Shown here piece by piece: positions 26,264 to 38,796 of a stretch of DNA of 38,796 nucleotides. A program made the translations under genes and the position numbers. The notes beneath the pieces were generated by a model. The model worked only from the letters and a program-made list of their open reading frames with translations. It was not told where the DNA came from and did no database searches. Where the stretch lies: contig NMRA01000356.1 in assembly GCA_002633005.1 (NCBI GenBank), positions 1-38,796 of the forward strand. The letters are read 5' to 3'. Positions within the stretch are counted from its first letter, which is position 1. Each line of letters begins with the position of its first letter. This DNA is from Phoronis australis. Lineage: Eukaryota; Animalia; Phoronida.

Positions 26264-26928
26264 CAGTAACCTGTGAAAAAGGGTTTTAAAAGTACTTTGG
26301 TAAGCCTTTTTATTTAAAAATATTTGAAAGTAGGTTTTCTGCTTAGACTAAATTTTTTTTAAAAAAATAAAAGAGCAGGTACACAATACTGTCATTGGTT
26401 TTGCAGTATTTTTGCTGAAGTTTTAGTGTCTGCCTTACAAAGTTTTAGGAAGGCTACAGTTTTGTCACAACTTATTTAGAAGGGTACTGTTCTTTTATGG
26501 GAAAGTGGCCAGTGGTCTAATCATGGTACTCCAGTGTGTTAACACGTCCTTCACCAATCCGTGATTTATAAATGCAATTAAATCTTTTGATAAATATGTC
26601 TCACGTCCCTTTCCAACCAACATCACAACTTTCCTCTTTTGATGGTGAGTGGGAACTTGAAAAATGCAGACTTCAACAGCCATCAAAATGTCTCTGAAAA
26701 TGGGTCGGTTAAACTGATTGGTTTGCGCTGAAACTTTGACTCCACTCCAATAAAAGTAATTGGGAGAAATCAAGAGTGACAATCTGGTGGTAACTATGGT
26801 GATGTAACCACTGAGGAGTTGATGAGAAAGGTTGAGGGGAGTTGTGATGGAACTTTGATTGGATGGACTTTAGCTAGTGAGAAAGTGGTATAGTCAAAGT
26901 CACAGGATTGCATTTTTTGTGTTTTCAG

Positions 26929-27087
26929 CGTAGCCATGTGTCTGAATGCAAGTTCAACATTATAAAATGTCCACATGAGGGATGTGAAAGAACGTTTGAT
27001 GATAAAACAGCATTAAGTCAACACATAAACACATGCGCGTGGAAATCATTTCCTTGCAAGTTTGAGCATGTTGGATGTACTGTTTGG
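26929..27087 (+). CDS. TRAF: TRAF gene coding exon 4: TRAF-type zinc fingers
   Basis: TTTTCAG acceptor; 159 nt, RSHVSECKFNIIKCPHEGCERTFDDKTALSQHINTCAWKSFPCKFEHVGCTVW. Donor TGG|GTAGGT, phase 0. Confidence 0.9.
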
Positions 27088-28486
27088 GTAGGTGATTTAT
27101 TACAATATGTAAACAAGCCACATGAGACAAGTATTGTGTTTTTAGAGATAATGTCACCTTGAAAATGATGTGCTATACTTGTTAGGTGCATTTATATGTG
27201 TTATTATGTCTGTGTCTTGACCCTTTGAATTCATACAGAAGTGTGGCAATCAAAATGTGTTGATGATCGCTATGTTTTGAAGTGGCACAAGTCAAAAAGT
27301 GAGTAGAGTGACATCTGGTGGTCACTGAACAGTGTTTACATGTTGACCACAAGGAAGTGAATTGAGAATCTTACCGATTGGTCGCCATTTTGACTCTTGC
27401 AAAAGTTTTCTTTTGGGTCTCAAGAGGGCACTGGTGTAATGTAGAAGGATGTGCATCGTATGTCGCAGAGACATAAGATTTGCAATTGACAGCACATTTA
27501 GGTCATGAGCCCTTTTGCAATTTTGTGTGTCATGAACTGACCGCTGTGGTGTCCATTAGTGGTGATTTTGTTTTTTTTCATTACGACTTTGTGGATAAAT
27601 GTGACAGCGGCTGCCCACAACTTAATGACAATTTTAGTTAGTTTTTCTTGCTTCTGTATCTATGGAATTGCTTGGCGATTTTCATGAAATTTTGCTAATA
27701 ATTTTGTATAAGAGAAACAAGTATATAATTTTTCCAATTTCAAACAGGTTCAATATATTCTCTGTCATCTAATGGCCATTTTAATTACCAGAAGCAGCCC
27801 TACATTTGCTCTGCATTGCTGTTCTTAAAGTGTTTTAAGGCTTCTAACTTTGTTGTAAATGCAATCAATTTCTCAATACATGGTCTGACAGCAGCTGGGG
27901 TTAGGGGAGATAACTTGGTGTGATAGTAGCTCGGGTCAGGGGAGATAACTTGAAAATGGCAAAGTATCGCAGTGACTATAGAACTGCTACTTATTGTTTA
28001 TTAAAAATGGAAAAATATTACATCCATTGTCTGTTTCCTAAATCGGAGAGATTTTGTACATGTAATTTTGTGACCAATTGTAATAATATTTGTTGTAGTG
28101 ACAGAGCTGATGGAAATATGAAAATGTATTACATAACTGTAATACAACTCGGCAGTATGCCTTGTGTAACATTTCACGCCATCCTCAAAAGACATCTTTT
28201 TATTGAGAAATTTGGCAGATTAGTAAATTAAAACTGTTACATAAACATGGCGCTATGAAAATATGTTGCTAGGTACCTTACTGCATGTCTGATTAAAATG
28301 TTTTGTATAAGTCCTTAGTCCACCGCATACAACTTGGGGGGATGCTACCAACTTAAGTTACAATGTAAATTTTGGAGGAGTTCCTTGATAGTTCAAGGTT
28401 ACTTGTTCTGACTATGATTATAGTACTTGCCAGACTCATGTGTTTGGGTGAACTTTGTTTAAGTGGCTATAATATTTATGTTTTAG

Positions 28487-29449
28487 GGAAGCAAACAGAA
28501 GTTAATTGAGCATTGTCGAGAAAATGTCGTCGAACACATTGCTCTACTCTATGCCAGACTGCCATCTGGTGGAGAGAATGTGTCTAGTAATGACCAAGCA
28601 AAAATCAATGAACTGGAAAGATCCATAAAATACATAGAAGAGGCATTGGCTCAAGGTGAAGGCCAAAATTGGGCAAGCCAGTTTCGCTCAGAAGCAAAAG
28701 GAGGTGCCAGAAGTAAGTCTGCGCTATCGATGGTGCAATCCAGGGATTCACGGGTGAACTTGTCTATGCTTGTTGGTCGAGTAGACAGACTGGAGAGTCA
28801 GTTGGGGGAGTTAAAACAACAGATTGAGCGTCGTGAACGATTCCAAACCGATTCTTCAGGGGAGATAATGCAACACCAAGAGAAGAGGAAGGAAGTGATG
28901 AAACAGCTGTCAAACTTGGAGACACTCGTGCTTCAGAGGGATCAGGCATTGACTGAACGACATAAACAGATTGAGATCAAGGAGTTCGCCTCATACAACG
29001 GTGTCCTCCACTGGAAGATTGGAGACTTTGCGCGCCGCCGTCGTGAGGCTGTCAACGGTAAGGTGGTCAGTTTTTACTCGCATTATTTCTACACATCACG
29101 ATATGGGTATAAGTTGCGTGCCAGGATTTACCTGAATGGAGATGGCATTGGGAGGGGCTCACATATTTCCTTGTTTTTTGTCGTCTGTAAAGGAGAGTTC
29201 GACGCCACCTTGAAATGGCCGTTCAGTAACAAGGTGAGACTTAGCATCATTGATCAGAATAATATTGAGGACATCAGTGATGCCTTTGTTCCAAACTCAT
29301 CATCATCCAGTTACCAGAAGCCAACGACACCTATGAACATCGCCAGTGGGATCCCTGACTTTATGGAACTAAATCTTCTAGAGGATTATAGTCGTGCGTT
29401 TGTGAAGGATGACTGTCTCTTTGTTAAAATATCTGTAGAGGAGGAGTGA
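28487..29449 (+). CDS. TRAF: TRAF gene terminal coding exon 5: end of last zinc finger, coiled coil and MATH (TRAF-C) domain
   Basis: TTTTAG acceptor at 28486, in frame with ORF 28580-29449. Reads GSKQKLIEHCRENVVEH..., a heptad-rich coiled coil, then SYNGVLHWKI, FYTSRYGYKLRARIYLNGDGIGRGSHISLFF, LKWPF, MNIASG, FVKDDCLFVK; TGA stop. Confidence 0.96.
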   Translation, partial: GSKQKLIEHCRENVVEHIALLYARLPSGGENVSSNDQAKINELERSIKYIEEALAQGEGQNWASQFRSEAKGGARSKSALSMVQSRDSRVNLSMLVGRVDRLESQLGELKQQIERRERFQTDSSGEIMQHQEKRKEVMKQLSNLETLVLQRDQALTERHKQIEIKEFASYNGVLHWKIGDFARRRREAVNGKVVSFYSHYFYTSRYGYKLRARIYLNGDGIGRGSHISLFFVVCKGEFDATLKWPFSNKVRLSIIDQNNIEDISDAFVPNSSSSSYQKPTTPMNIASGIPDFMELNLLEDYSRAFVKDDCLFVKISVEEE

Positions 29450-29830
29450 AAAACCACTAGGAACTTTAATGCACTTACAAAGGCGTGTCTAAACCTTCTG
29501 TCACTGAAATATGTTGATTTAGAACATTTAATGTTATGAAATTGGGCTTATATTGTGCCTTAGTCAAATTGGATTTTGTTCCAAAGATTCATTATTGCTT
29601 GTCTGAGATCATGCTCCATAAGTTCGGTTGTCACAGAGTATCACTTTATGGTTTGAAGTTATAACAACATTAAGTGTCAGTTCTTTTCAAAGCCAGAAAT
29701 ACGAGTTAGAAACTATGTACACGGCTCAATACTAAACATATGATGTCAGAATATGAGCGCACTTCATTCACTTTGCACGACTCATGAGCTGTCTCTTCTG
29801 ATTTTCATTGAACGATTCGGACTTGTGGTG

Positions 29831-30253
29831 CAGACCTGCCAAGGGGTTATAACAACTTTGCTGGAGGTTGGTTGAAATTTTGCTTGAGATAGGACAAATT
29901 TGCTCAAATTTTGCTTGTTGTTCCTGGCGATATCTTCACTAACTATCAAACTTTATATATCCTAAAATATAAGACTTAACTAGTCATATTACATTTATAA
30001 AAAACCATTTTATTTCACGAAAACGATGTTACATCGTCTTTATATGTATATTTTAAAAAGAATACCGATAATAATGTTCACTAGGTGGCAGAATGCTCCA
30101 CATGTCTCTCGACTCATCGTCAACACATTTAAGGACCATATAACCACGATATAAGCATAGAAAACTAGGTTTTTTAAAATTTACGACCAAAAAATTAATT
30201 TTTCATGCCCAAATGCGTGAGTCACGCGAGATGCATGAGATTTGGCAGGTCTG
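29831..30253. mobile_element. MITE downstream of the TRAF stop codon (putative 3' UTR)
   Basis: 12-bp TIR CAGACCTGCCAA / TTGGCAGGTCTG with hAT-like CAG ends. TSD not convincing. Confidence 0.55.
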
Positions 30254-32052
30254 CTCGTGCCTGATTACTTCCTGTAGTATTTGAGTGCTTGGTAACTCTG
30301 TGTTTACCAAACGAATCTGAGTTGAAACATGTTTTATAGCTCTGTAAAAGATCTCAGTGAAATGTTCACTAGTTGGATGTTATGCTGATTAATGGCCACT
30401 CAGGTGTTCAATGTTATGCAGAGATGAGTTTAGCAAGTGACATATGAATCACCTCAACATGTATCATGCATTAAACAGTTTAGTGAGTGACATATGCATT
30501 AAGGAGACATGTTGACCTATCAACATGTACATGTATCATGAGAGAACGTAGAGCCAACATATTTGTTCCATTTCACAAGCTAGTGTAGAAGACATTTGCT
30601 ACTCAGTACTTTTGAAATCCCAAGTCTATATGGACAAGTAGCGCTGGTACAATCGGGAGCAGAGATTGTAAACTAAGGCAGTGGGACTCAAGTGGCCCAT
30701 TATGGTTTGATTGACCCTTGACCTCTGTGTATCGTATGACAAAGTGAAAAAGAATGTTTGAAGGAAAAATGGTGTACTATATGTGAACAGACAAGAGGAT
30801 TGTGGGAAAGTAAGCAAAGCTTTTAAACAACTTTCATTTGATGAAATAATCCTAGAGAAGACTATCGTTTGGCATTTAGTGTACCGCTGTCACACAGATG
30901 TATTATGCACAAAGTGAAGATCCAGCCACTTTGAAACGACCATGAATTAAATGTATGAAATAAAGTCACATTAATGGTGCGCTTCTTCAATTCAGATGAT
31001 TACTAGAGGCGACAAAACTGGTGATCACGTGGATGAGAACTACTCATTTAGGTACCATTATTGTCTTTGTAATCCATTTTAGATAATTTTTTATTAGTTT
31101 TCATGTTGAAGGTGAGCTTTTTGTTAAAATATGAAAATCATCAAGTTAACTTTCAACGTGTCAGAGTTCACTTTAGTTTCGTTTTGTAGCTATGCACATA
31201 AATGTTTTACAAATTTAAATAATTACTCTATCTCATCATTGTTACACTTTCTTCCTCCCGTTCCCAGATCCATAGCAAAATTCTTTAAAGTTGAGAGAGT
31301 GCATTTTTTTAACCCAATGTATTGTGATGAGTCTTAATAGTCAACAAAAAAGCCCTTTGAGCCTTGGCAACACAAGTCCGGTGAACTTTCTTCGATATAG
31401 TTCACATCGCAAGGTTTGAGTAACACGAATGAGCTCAGCAGGCTTGAATTTAAATGTACAAATTATCTCACAAAAATATGTATTTATTTCTCGTGGACAA
31501 ATTGATTGTATATTTATGTTCATGCCAATTTCTAAAATTTTTGAAGAGATTTAGCTCACCAAATTCGGACCACTGCGAAATGGCACATTTTGGAGGTCTG
31601 CCAAATTTGGACACTACAAAAATTGTGTCCTGCGTTATTCAACCAAGAATGAACTTTTTCTATTAGAATTAATTAATGTCGGAAAATAGCACGACTTCAC
31701 TGTTAATGAATGACAGTGATCACTTGGGGTGTTTTAGAAATATACATCAGGGATGGAGATGATGAAATCCAAGAGTCTGACTTCAAAAATATTGACACAA
31801 TATCTCAAGAAGGAAGCTTTACCATTTGCAGTATATACAGAGACCTGGCTTTTGGCGCCTGCTGCATCCGTAAAGTGGATTACCATTTTGGTGCAATGTT
31901 GAGGCTACTGTGTTTACTATTTTTAAATAGTAAACAAATTTACTATTTTTAAATAGTAAACACCCACTATATATTTAAAAATATATAGTGGGTTAGTTTG
32001 TTTACCCGTTTGTAAATGTGTTAGTTTCTTGTGTCTACCAACACTGATGTAA

Positions 32053-32058
32053 AATAAA
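32053..32058 (+). terminator. Candidate polyadenylation signal for TRAF (alternative at 30959-30964)
   Basis: AATAAA followed ~20 nt later by a CA and a short T/G-rich stretch. Motif only. Confidence 0.3.
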
Positions 32059-32748
32059 CATTATATCACTCACATACTGTCTGTTCAATAATACTATTGT
32101 AACAACTGACTCCTAGTTGTCCATATTTGGGATGTGGAACAGTACATTGCACTCCAAACATTTTAAGTTGAACACAGTCTTTATGTTGACTGTGTTGTCG
32201 AGAATGCTGAGTTTTTGTTTGGGCTGTGATAATGTTTCGATTTCTCTGAAAAGAGAAGGCTTTAGTGTGGAATGTTTAGCTCTCCTGTAGGCTGTTTCAA
32301 TGTACCTCCAGTAATGTATGTAAAAGAGATGCAATGTTGCTGACTAACAAGAAATTATGGGAAAAACTGCAAAATTTTGATCAAGAACATCACTGTATAT
32401 TTGTCATGCTTTATACTGAGAAATAGGTGAAACATCTAGGGATTTTTGTGATGGAAATGAGTTCAAGGTCATAGTGGCAAATTCAATAGTTATACCAACA
32501 AAATGTTGGCAAAATTATATCTCGAAGTAAACTTTTCACTTTGCACTTTTACCAGCATATAGGTAAAGCACCTCCAGTCCAATTTCACGTCCTTGACCTC
32601 ATCTCTAAGGTCATACCATTGCATATTGAAGCTCCATCACATTGTACACTGCACGAACAGAGTACTTTTACATAGGAATCATTTTTGAGTACATATACTG
32701 GAATTAAAAGTATGTAAAGATATTCACCTATCTGTCTTATGTCAGATT

Positions 32749-32754
32749 TTTATT
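32749..32754 (-). terminator. Candidate polyadenylation signal for PKN
   Basis: TTTATT on + (AATAAA on -), ~1.6 kb downstream of the stop codon. Motif only. Confidence 0.3.
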
Positions 32755-33485
32755 GTGAAATTAGAGTCCAATTGTTTCTTAAAGGTGATTTCAATGCGAT
32801 TCATTATTTCTCGACAACATGTAGCAGTAAGTAGCCTTGAACAAAAGTTAAGTTTCTTTGCATGAAGAAACGTCCATTTTATACAAAGTAAAATATATAT
32901 TTGATATTGAATGACCAGTTGCTGCAACAACAGCAGACACATTGACATACAAACATGATTAACATTGTATCAAATGTCACAGCATGCAAGCTGCCAATAT
33001 TCACGTTAGATATTGTGACCAGATAAAAGCCTTGGTCATCAGAGACATTTACGTTTCCTTTACAGTATATTGCTTAATTACTTCTTTAGCTACAACACAC
33101 ATCGTCCCACCTCAAGGCAGACTGAACACCTCATCTGACTGAACTTGTGCGAGTGCTCATCAGACATCTCAACTCTCTCCCAACTGACAGATGACAGATC
33201 TGCCTTGTTCCCTTGGCATAATTTGTGGTTGGGTTCTGTACACCCAAAAAATGTGATTGGACAGAATTTTTTTTTTTTGCACACTACTGTTATGCCACGT
33301 TCCTTCTCTTCAGACGATTTATTATTATGGTGCCATTTACTCACTGACTGCTAGACCTGCCATGAAGTCCACATGAGAATATAGTGTAGAACTCAACCAG
33401 TACAGCAATAAATGCCAAGGCACAAATTTGAACTCATTGAATTGAGACAAGAACTACAGAGGTTCACAAGTGCTGAACATTCCAC

Positions 33486-33545
33486 ACAATCAAGCTTCCC
33501 TTCAACACAATCAAGCTTCCCTTCAACACAATCAAGCTTCCCTTC
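33486..33545. repeat. 21-bp tandem repeat, ~3 copies, in the putative PKN 3' UTR
   Basis: Unit ACAATCAAGCTTCCCTTCAAC. Confidence 0.85.
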
Positions 33546-34370
33546 CCCACTGTCAAGTTCCTGTGCATAATTCTGCTGAACGTGTCATCTAAAAGATGTC
33601 GGCAATAAAATATTGGTGGAATAAAAACTATTCACACAACCTCTAAGTTTGTCCATGCAGGTAGTCGGTAGGAAGCCATTAACGTATTGGTGTGTTATGA
33701 AACTAGTGACATGAAATTCCTTCACAAGTTTTACTTGAGAGGTAGCATGGTCCAACTGTAAAACATGCCTTCCTGAACATTGTAGACATAAATACCACTA
33801 CATCACACTAAGGTCCTAGCATTCTTAACTCGCGCTTCAATTTGTGTCCACAAACGTAGATGTAAACGATTCTCAGGGTCACAGAAGTCCACAATACTGT
33901 CAACATTCTAATGTGTACACACTTCACCTGTCATTGAGGCCTTATATATCCTGTTGTTGCTACATTATTGACTGGCCAGTTACAAGTCACAAGAAAACAT
34001 CTCATCTCATGCTTCAAAGAGATTGAACATGACAATGAATGCATGCAGACAACATTTCTTCTCGTATCACGTCTTGTCTAAGCGACGATCCAACCTATCC
34101 GTCCTTTGAAACAAGGCAAGTTGAGGGCTCCTTTCTAGTGCCATAGTTATTCTAGGTGAAGAGCTTGTACCTATATTTAGGTTCGAAGACGGCCATCATG
34201 ATGGCCTAAAATGGAGCACAGCCCAAAAGGATCCTTGAAGCACATCAGCACCAACGTGGCATGATCACCAACATACAACATTCGTAGAACACTCCTCAGA
34301 ATGCATAAAACATGCAAGCCTACACCCCACGACCAGAGATTGATTTTAGGCCATTAGATTGTTCCCAATG

Positions 34371-34514
34371 CTAGCACCAGTCAGCCATGTATGTGAAGTC
34401 TTGGAAGAGAGTCTGATCAGTGCCTGAAATAGGTCGCGTGTCTTTGGGAGGGGTCAGGATGGGCTTTTCACATGTGAACTCCTCGTCAAAGTTAGACACA
34501 TCTTCAGCAGAACG
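34371..34514 (-). CDS. PKN: PKN terminal coding exon with turn motif and hydrophobic (PIF) motif
   Basis: RSAEDVSNFDEEFTCEKPILTPPKDTRPISGTDQTLFQDFTYMADWC*. The ADWC C-terminus is characteristic of PKN2/PRK2-type kinases. TTTCAG acceptor, TAG stop. Confidence 0.95.
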   Translation of the reverse strand, partial: RSAEDVSNFDEEFTCEKPILTPPKDTRPISGTDQTLFQDFTYMADWC

Positions 34515-34660
34515 CTGAAACGGAACCATGAAAAGATAAACCAATTGGGTTAAAATTTTTGGCGGAAAGAGATAAATGAAACATCCCAGAGGTGAAAAGG
34601 AAGTTTCCCCATGTCAGTTCTGGGATGCATGGGATATTTTCGAAAGCCATAGATAACAAC

Positions 34661-34931
34661 AGGATGGCTTGAACAAATAGAAAACGGGATGGCTTGAACA
34701 AATAGAAAACAGGATGGCTTGGACAAATAGAAAACGGGATGGCTTGGACAAATAGAAAACGGGATGGCTTGGACAAATAGAAAACGGGATGGCTTGGACA
34801 AATAGAAAACGGGATGGCTTGAACAAATAGAAAACGGGATGGCTTGAACAAATAGAAAACGGGATGGCTTGAACAAACAGAAAACGGGATGGCTTGAACA
34901 AATAGAGAACAGGATGGCTTGAACAAATAGA
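34661..34931. repeat. 25-bp minisatellite, ~11 copies, last PKN intron
   Basis: Unit GGGATGGCTTGRACAAATAGAAAAC. Confidence 0.95.
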
Positions 34932-35063
34932 CAACCTGTATTATTCACTGCCATTAACTTTATCAGCTGAATTAACTTTGCTTTCAACCCTGACGAAACA
35001 GTGCATATCTAGACATATTTCACTTTCAGTGAATAGCAAAATTTTAAGTCTATGATGCATGCA

Positions 35064-35480
35064 CAACTATTGAAGGTCTCTAGTGTGCAGTATACATAGC
35101 TGACAGTAACATAGACCTCAACTTACAACAATGCACAACTATTGAAGGTCTCTAGTGTGCAGTATACATAGCTGACAGTAACATAGACCTCAACTATTGA
35201 AGCTCTCTAGTGTGCAGTATACATAGCTGACAGTAACATAGACCTCAACTATTGAAGCTCTCTAGTGTGCAGTATACATAGCTGACAGTAACATAGACCT
35301 CAACTATTGGAGGTCTCTAGTGTGCAGTATACATAGCTGACAGTAACATAGACCTCAACTATTGGAGGTCTCTAGTGTGCGGTATACATAGCTGACAGTA
35401 ACATAGACCACAACTATTGAAGGTCTCTAGTGTGCAGTATACATAGCTGACAGTAACATAGACCTCAACTTACAACAATG
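35064..35480. repeat. 55-bp minisatellite, 7 copies, abutting a PKN donor
   Basis: Unit CAACTATTGAAGGTCTCTAGTGTGCAGTATACATAGCTGACAGTAACATAGACCT. Donor-containing ACTTACAACAATG occurs at 35121 and 35468. Confidence 0.95.
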
Positions 35481-35533
35481 GGTACAAATGGAGGCTTCGT
35501 TTTCCTCATCAGTAAATCTTCCCAATTAACATT
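35474..35533 (-). CDS. PKN: PKN exon (60 nt), start of the AGC C-terminal tail
   Basis: NVNWEDLLMRKTKPPFVPIV; TTACAG acceptor, GTAAGT donor. Confidence 0.93.
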
Positions 35534-36304
35534 CTGTAAAAATAGAATTATTTCATTTTTCATAAGAACAAGTTCAAAGAAATACAAGGCAATACAAGTG
35601 ACTATTTTTGCACGAGATTATAGTTGGTCTTAACAATCTTAGTGCACAGCGTCTCCAATAGGTGGCAGTCACATTTAGCATGAAGTAGTGCCAGTTTGCA
35701 CAACTGTCTCATAAGGTCTGTTGAGTGCAAATGGAATGTTGTGTTTAACAAAACATGTCATTAAGAAATTTTCTGCCAAATACTTTAATACTGATTTATA
35801 AATGATTTTAAGATAATTGTCAATTTTTGTGATGTGAGTTCACACTTACATTTTCAAGCCATAAAATTAAGAATCATCGGTGAGTGAAAAAAATTTTTGA
35901 AGCGCTTATTAAAATTCAGACAGTTGATTGAATTATTGCAATTTGTGAAAACATCAGCTTTTTGCTATGAGAATTACTAGAAAAACTAAATTGCAGAAAA
36001 ATTCATATTTGAAACCAAATATTCATTCTGTCATCATGCAAGAGACCCATGTCTCAGATTTTTAACTTACCGTGAACAACAAGTTACATGGAAAGTCCTC
36101 TTAATCAAATGGCCAAAATCATCATTATTGATAATCCAAACTCGAGACACAATGCCAAGCCAAAAATACAGCCATGTCTAAGTAGTGTTAATTTTACGAC
36201 ACAAATTTGACATAAAAAATTTTCTAGTCGACCATATCGTGTGTTAAAAAGGTAAAAAATTATCATGACACAAGACGGCGCACAATACAAATCAAATTAT
36301 TCTA

Positions 36305-36607
<303 letters not shown>

Positions 36608-36958
36608 TTACCATTAAGTTTAGTTACAAGATTTGGTCGACAACTATCATAAAACTAATGTTAACTTGTTCTTTACTCACATTAGACATGTATTAAGGCT
36701 TTATTAACACTTGTTAATGCAAAGCAGCATGTTTGGCATCAAGCAGCACAGACTGGAGATGCAAGACACTCAAAGGAGCCACTGTATCATGGGCTTCACG
36801 TCTAATGCAGTAACTTGACGTGTGATCTTGTTTCAACAAAAGCACGGTGCTCTACACAACACAGCCCATCCTCAGCTAATAACCAGATGTTAGTGAGTTG
36901 AGATTTTGAATACTTGCTTGTTGAAGAAACTGTCAATTTTTTAGCATGTGACAGTGAA

Positions 36959-37397
<439 letters not shown>

Positions 37398-37556
37398 CAA
37401 CACTGATAATAGGAAATGGTCAACTTTCAAGTCACTGAAGTTCTAGAGGTCGGGCTGTCCACACGAGAATAACTTTCAAACTGTTTTTGAAATGACTGTG
37501 TCTAAATGTACAAACAAATTTAACAGAGGAGCCATCAAGTTTATCTCCAACAGTCA

Positions 37557-37890
37557 ACCACTTATCAGAGTGTCAAGTACTTCATAAGTGTAAATGGTTA
37601 TTCTCCACATGTACACACCACTTATCAGAGTGTCAAGTACTTCATAAGTGTAAATGCTTATTCTCCACATGTGCACACCACTTATCAGAGTGTCAAGTAC
37701 TTCATAAGTGTAAATGCTTATTCTCCACATGTGCATATCACTTATCAGAGTGTCAAGTACTTCATAAGTGTAAATGCTTATTCTCCACATGTGCACACCA
37801 CTTATCAGAGTGTCAAGTACTTCATAAGTGTAAACGGTTATTCTCCAAATGTGCACACCACTTATCATAGTGTCAAGTACTTCATAAGTA
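37557..37890. repeat. 60-bp minisatellite, ~5.5 copies
   Basis: Unit ACCACTTATCAGAGTGTCAAGTACTTCATAAGTGTAAATGCTTATTCTCCACATGTGCAC. Confidence 0.95.
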
Positions 37891-38007
37891 TAAAATTTAT
37901 ATGGTTATTCTCCACATGTGCAATGCAACCTTGAAGTATGGTAAAATGTGTCCACTTTGGGACAGAGAAAATTTTATCATTTCGCTCAAGGTTGGAACTT
38001 GTCACAA

Positions 38008-38108
38008 ATAAGTATGGTATGGCTATAACACAGATAAGTATGGTATGGCTATAACACAGATAAGTATGGTATGGCTATAACACAGATAAGTATGGTATGG
38101 CTATAACA
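38008..38108. repeat. 26-bp tandem repeat, ~4 copies
   Basis: Unit ATAAGTATGGTATGGCTATAACACAG. Confidence 0.92.
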
Positions 38109-38144
38109 GTATGGCTATAGCACACACAACTTTCATGGTAATCA

Positions 38145-38429
<285 letters not shown>

Positions 38430-38644
38430 TCAGATCTTCACAAATTAACGATTATTCACAACACCATTATCACATGTACAAAAAATACAGGATTTAGGGA
38501 GTTGTTGTTATTGTATGGTTTAGATAGCAAAATGGTGTTGTTTCAAATCAAAACTATACAAAGACCTGTTTGAGAATACTTGTTTAATCGTACCACATTA
38601 GTGTGACGATGATGAATAGCTGTGGTGAAAAATACACCAGTCTG

Positions 38645-38796
38645 GTACACTGTCAGAGGGAGGACTAGGAAAGTGTACACCGTTGGAGGGAGGGCTGGGA
38701 AAGTGTACACTGTCAGAGGGAGGGCTGGGAAAGTGTACACTGTTGGAGGGAGGGTTGGGAAAGTGTACACTGTTGGAGGGAGGGCTGGGAAAGTGT
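38645..38796. repeat. 30-bp minisatellite, at least 5 copies, runs off the window
   Basis: Unit GTACACTGTYRGAGGGAGGGCTGGGAAAGT. Confidence 0.93.

Noticed and set aside
34504-34987. Three overlapping 106-145 aa ORFs
   Set aside because: Generated by the 25-bp minisatellite in the last PKN intron.

Overview
AT-rich, repeat-dense eukaryotic (animal, probably invertebrate) genomic DNA with two convergent spliced genes. On the + strand is a complete five-coding-exon TRAF-family gene (RING, three zinc fingers, coiled coil, MATH/TRAF-C; 1437 nt, 478 aa; exons 13562-13719, 18771-18828, 21412-21510, 26929-27087, 28487-29449). On the - strand are the last five exons of a protein kinase N (PKN/PRK) gene (38394 down to the stop at 34371). 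The first ~10.9 kb is a transposon-rich zone with nested long inverted repeats and MITEs. Introns hold many minisatellites and non-autonomous DNA transposons, including a decayed hAT element with an apparent 5-bp TSD. The most striking pattern is that several tandem repeats originate exactly at exon-intron junctions and multiply the splice donor or acceptor in both genes. Two ~0.4-0.6 kb duplications split by a single N look like assembly artefacts. All calls come from manual reading; no database searches were run.
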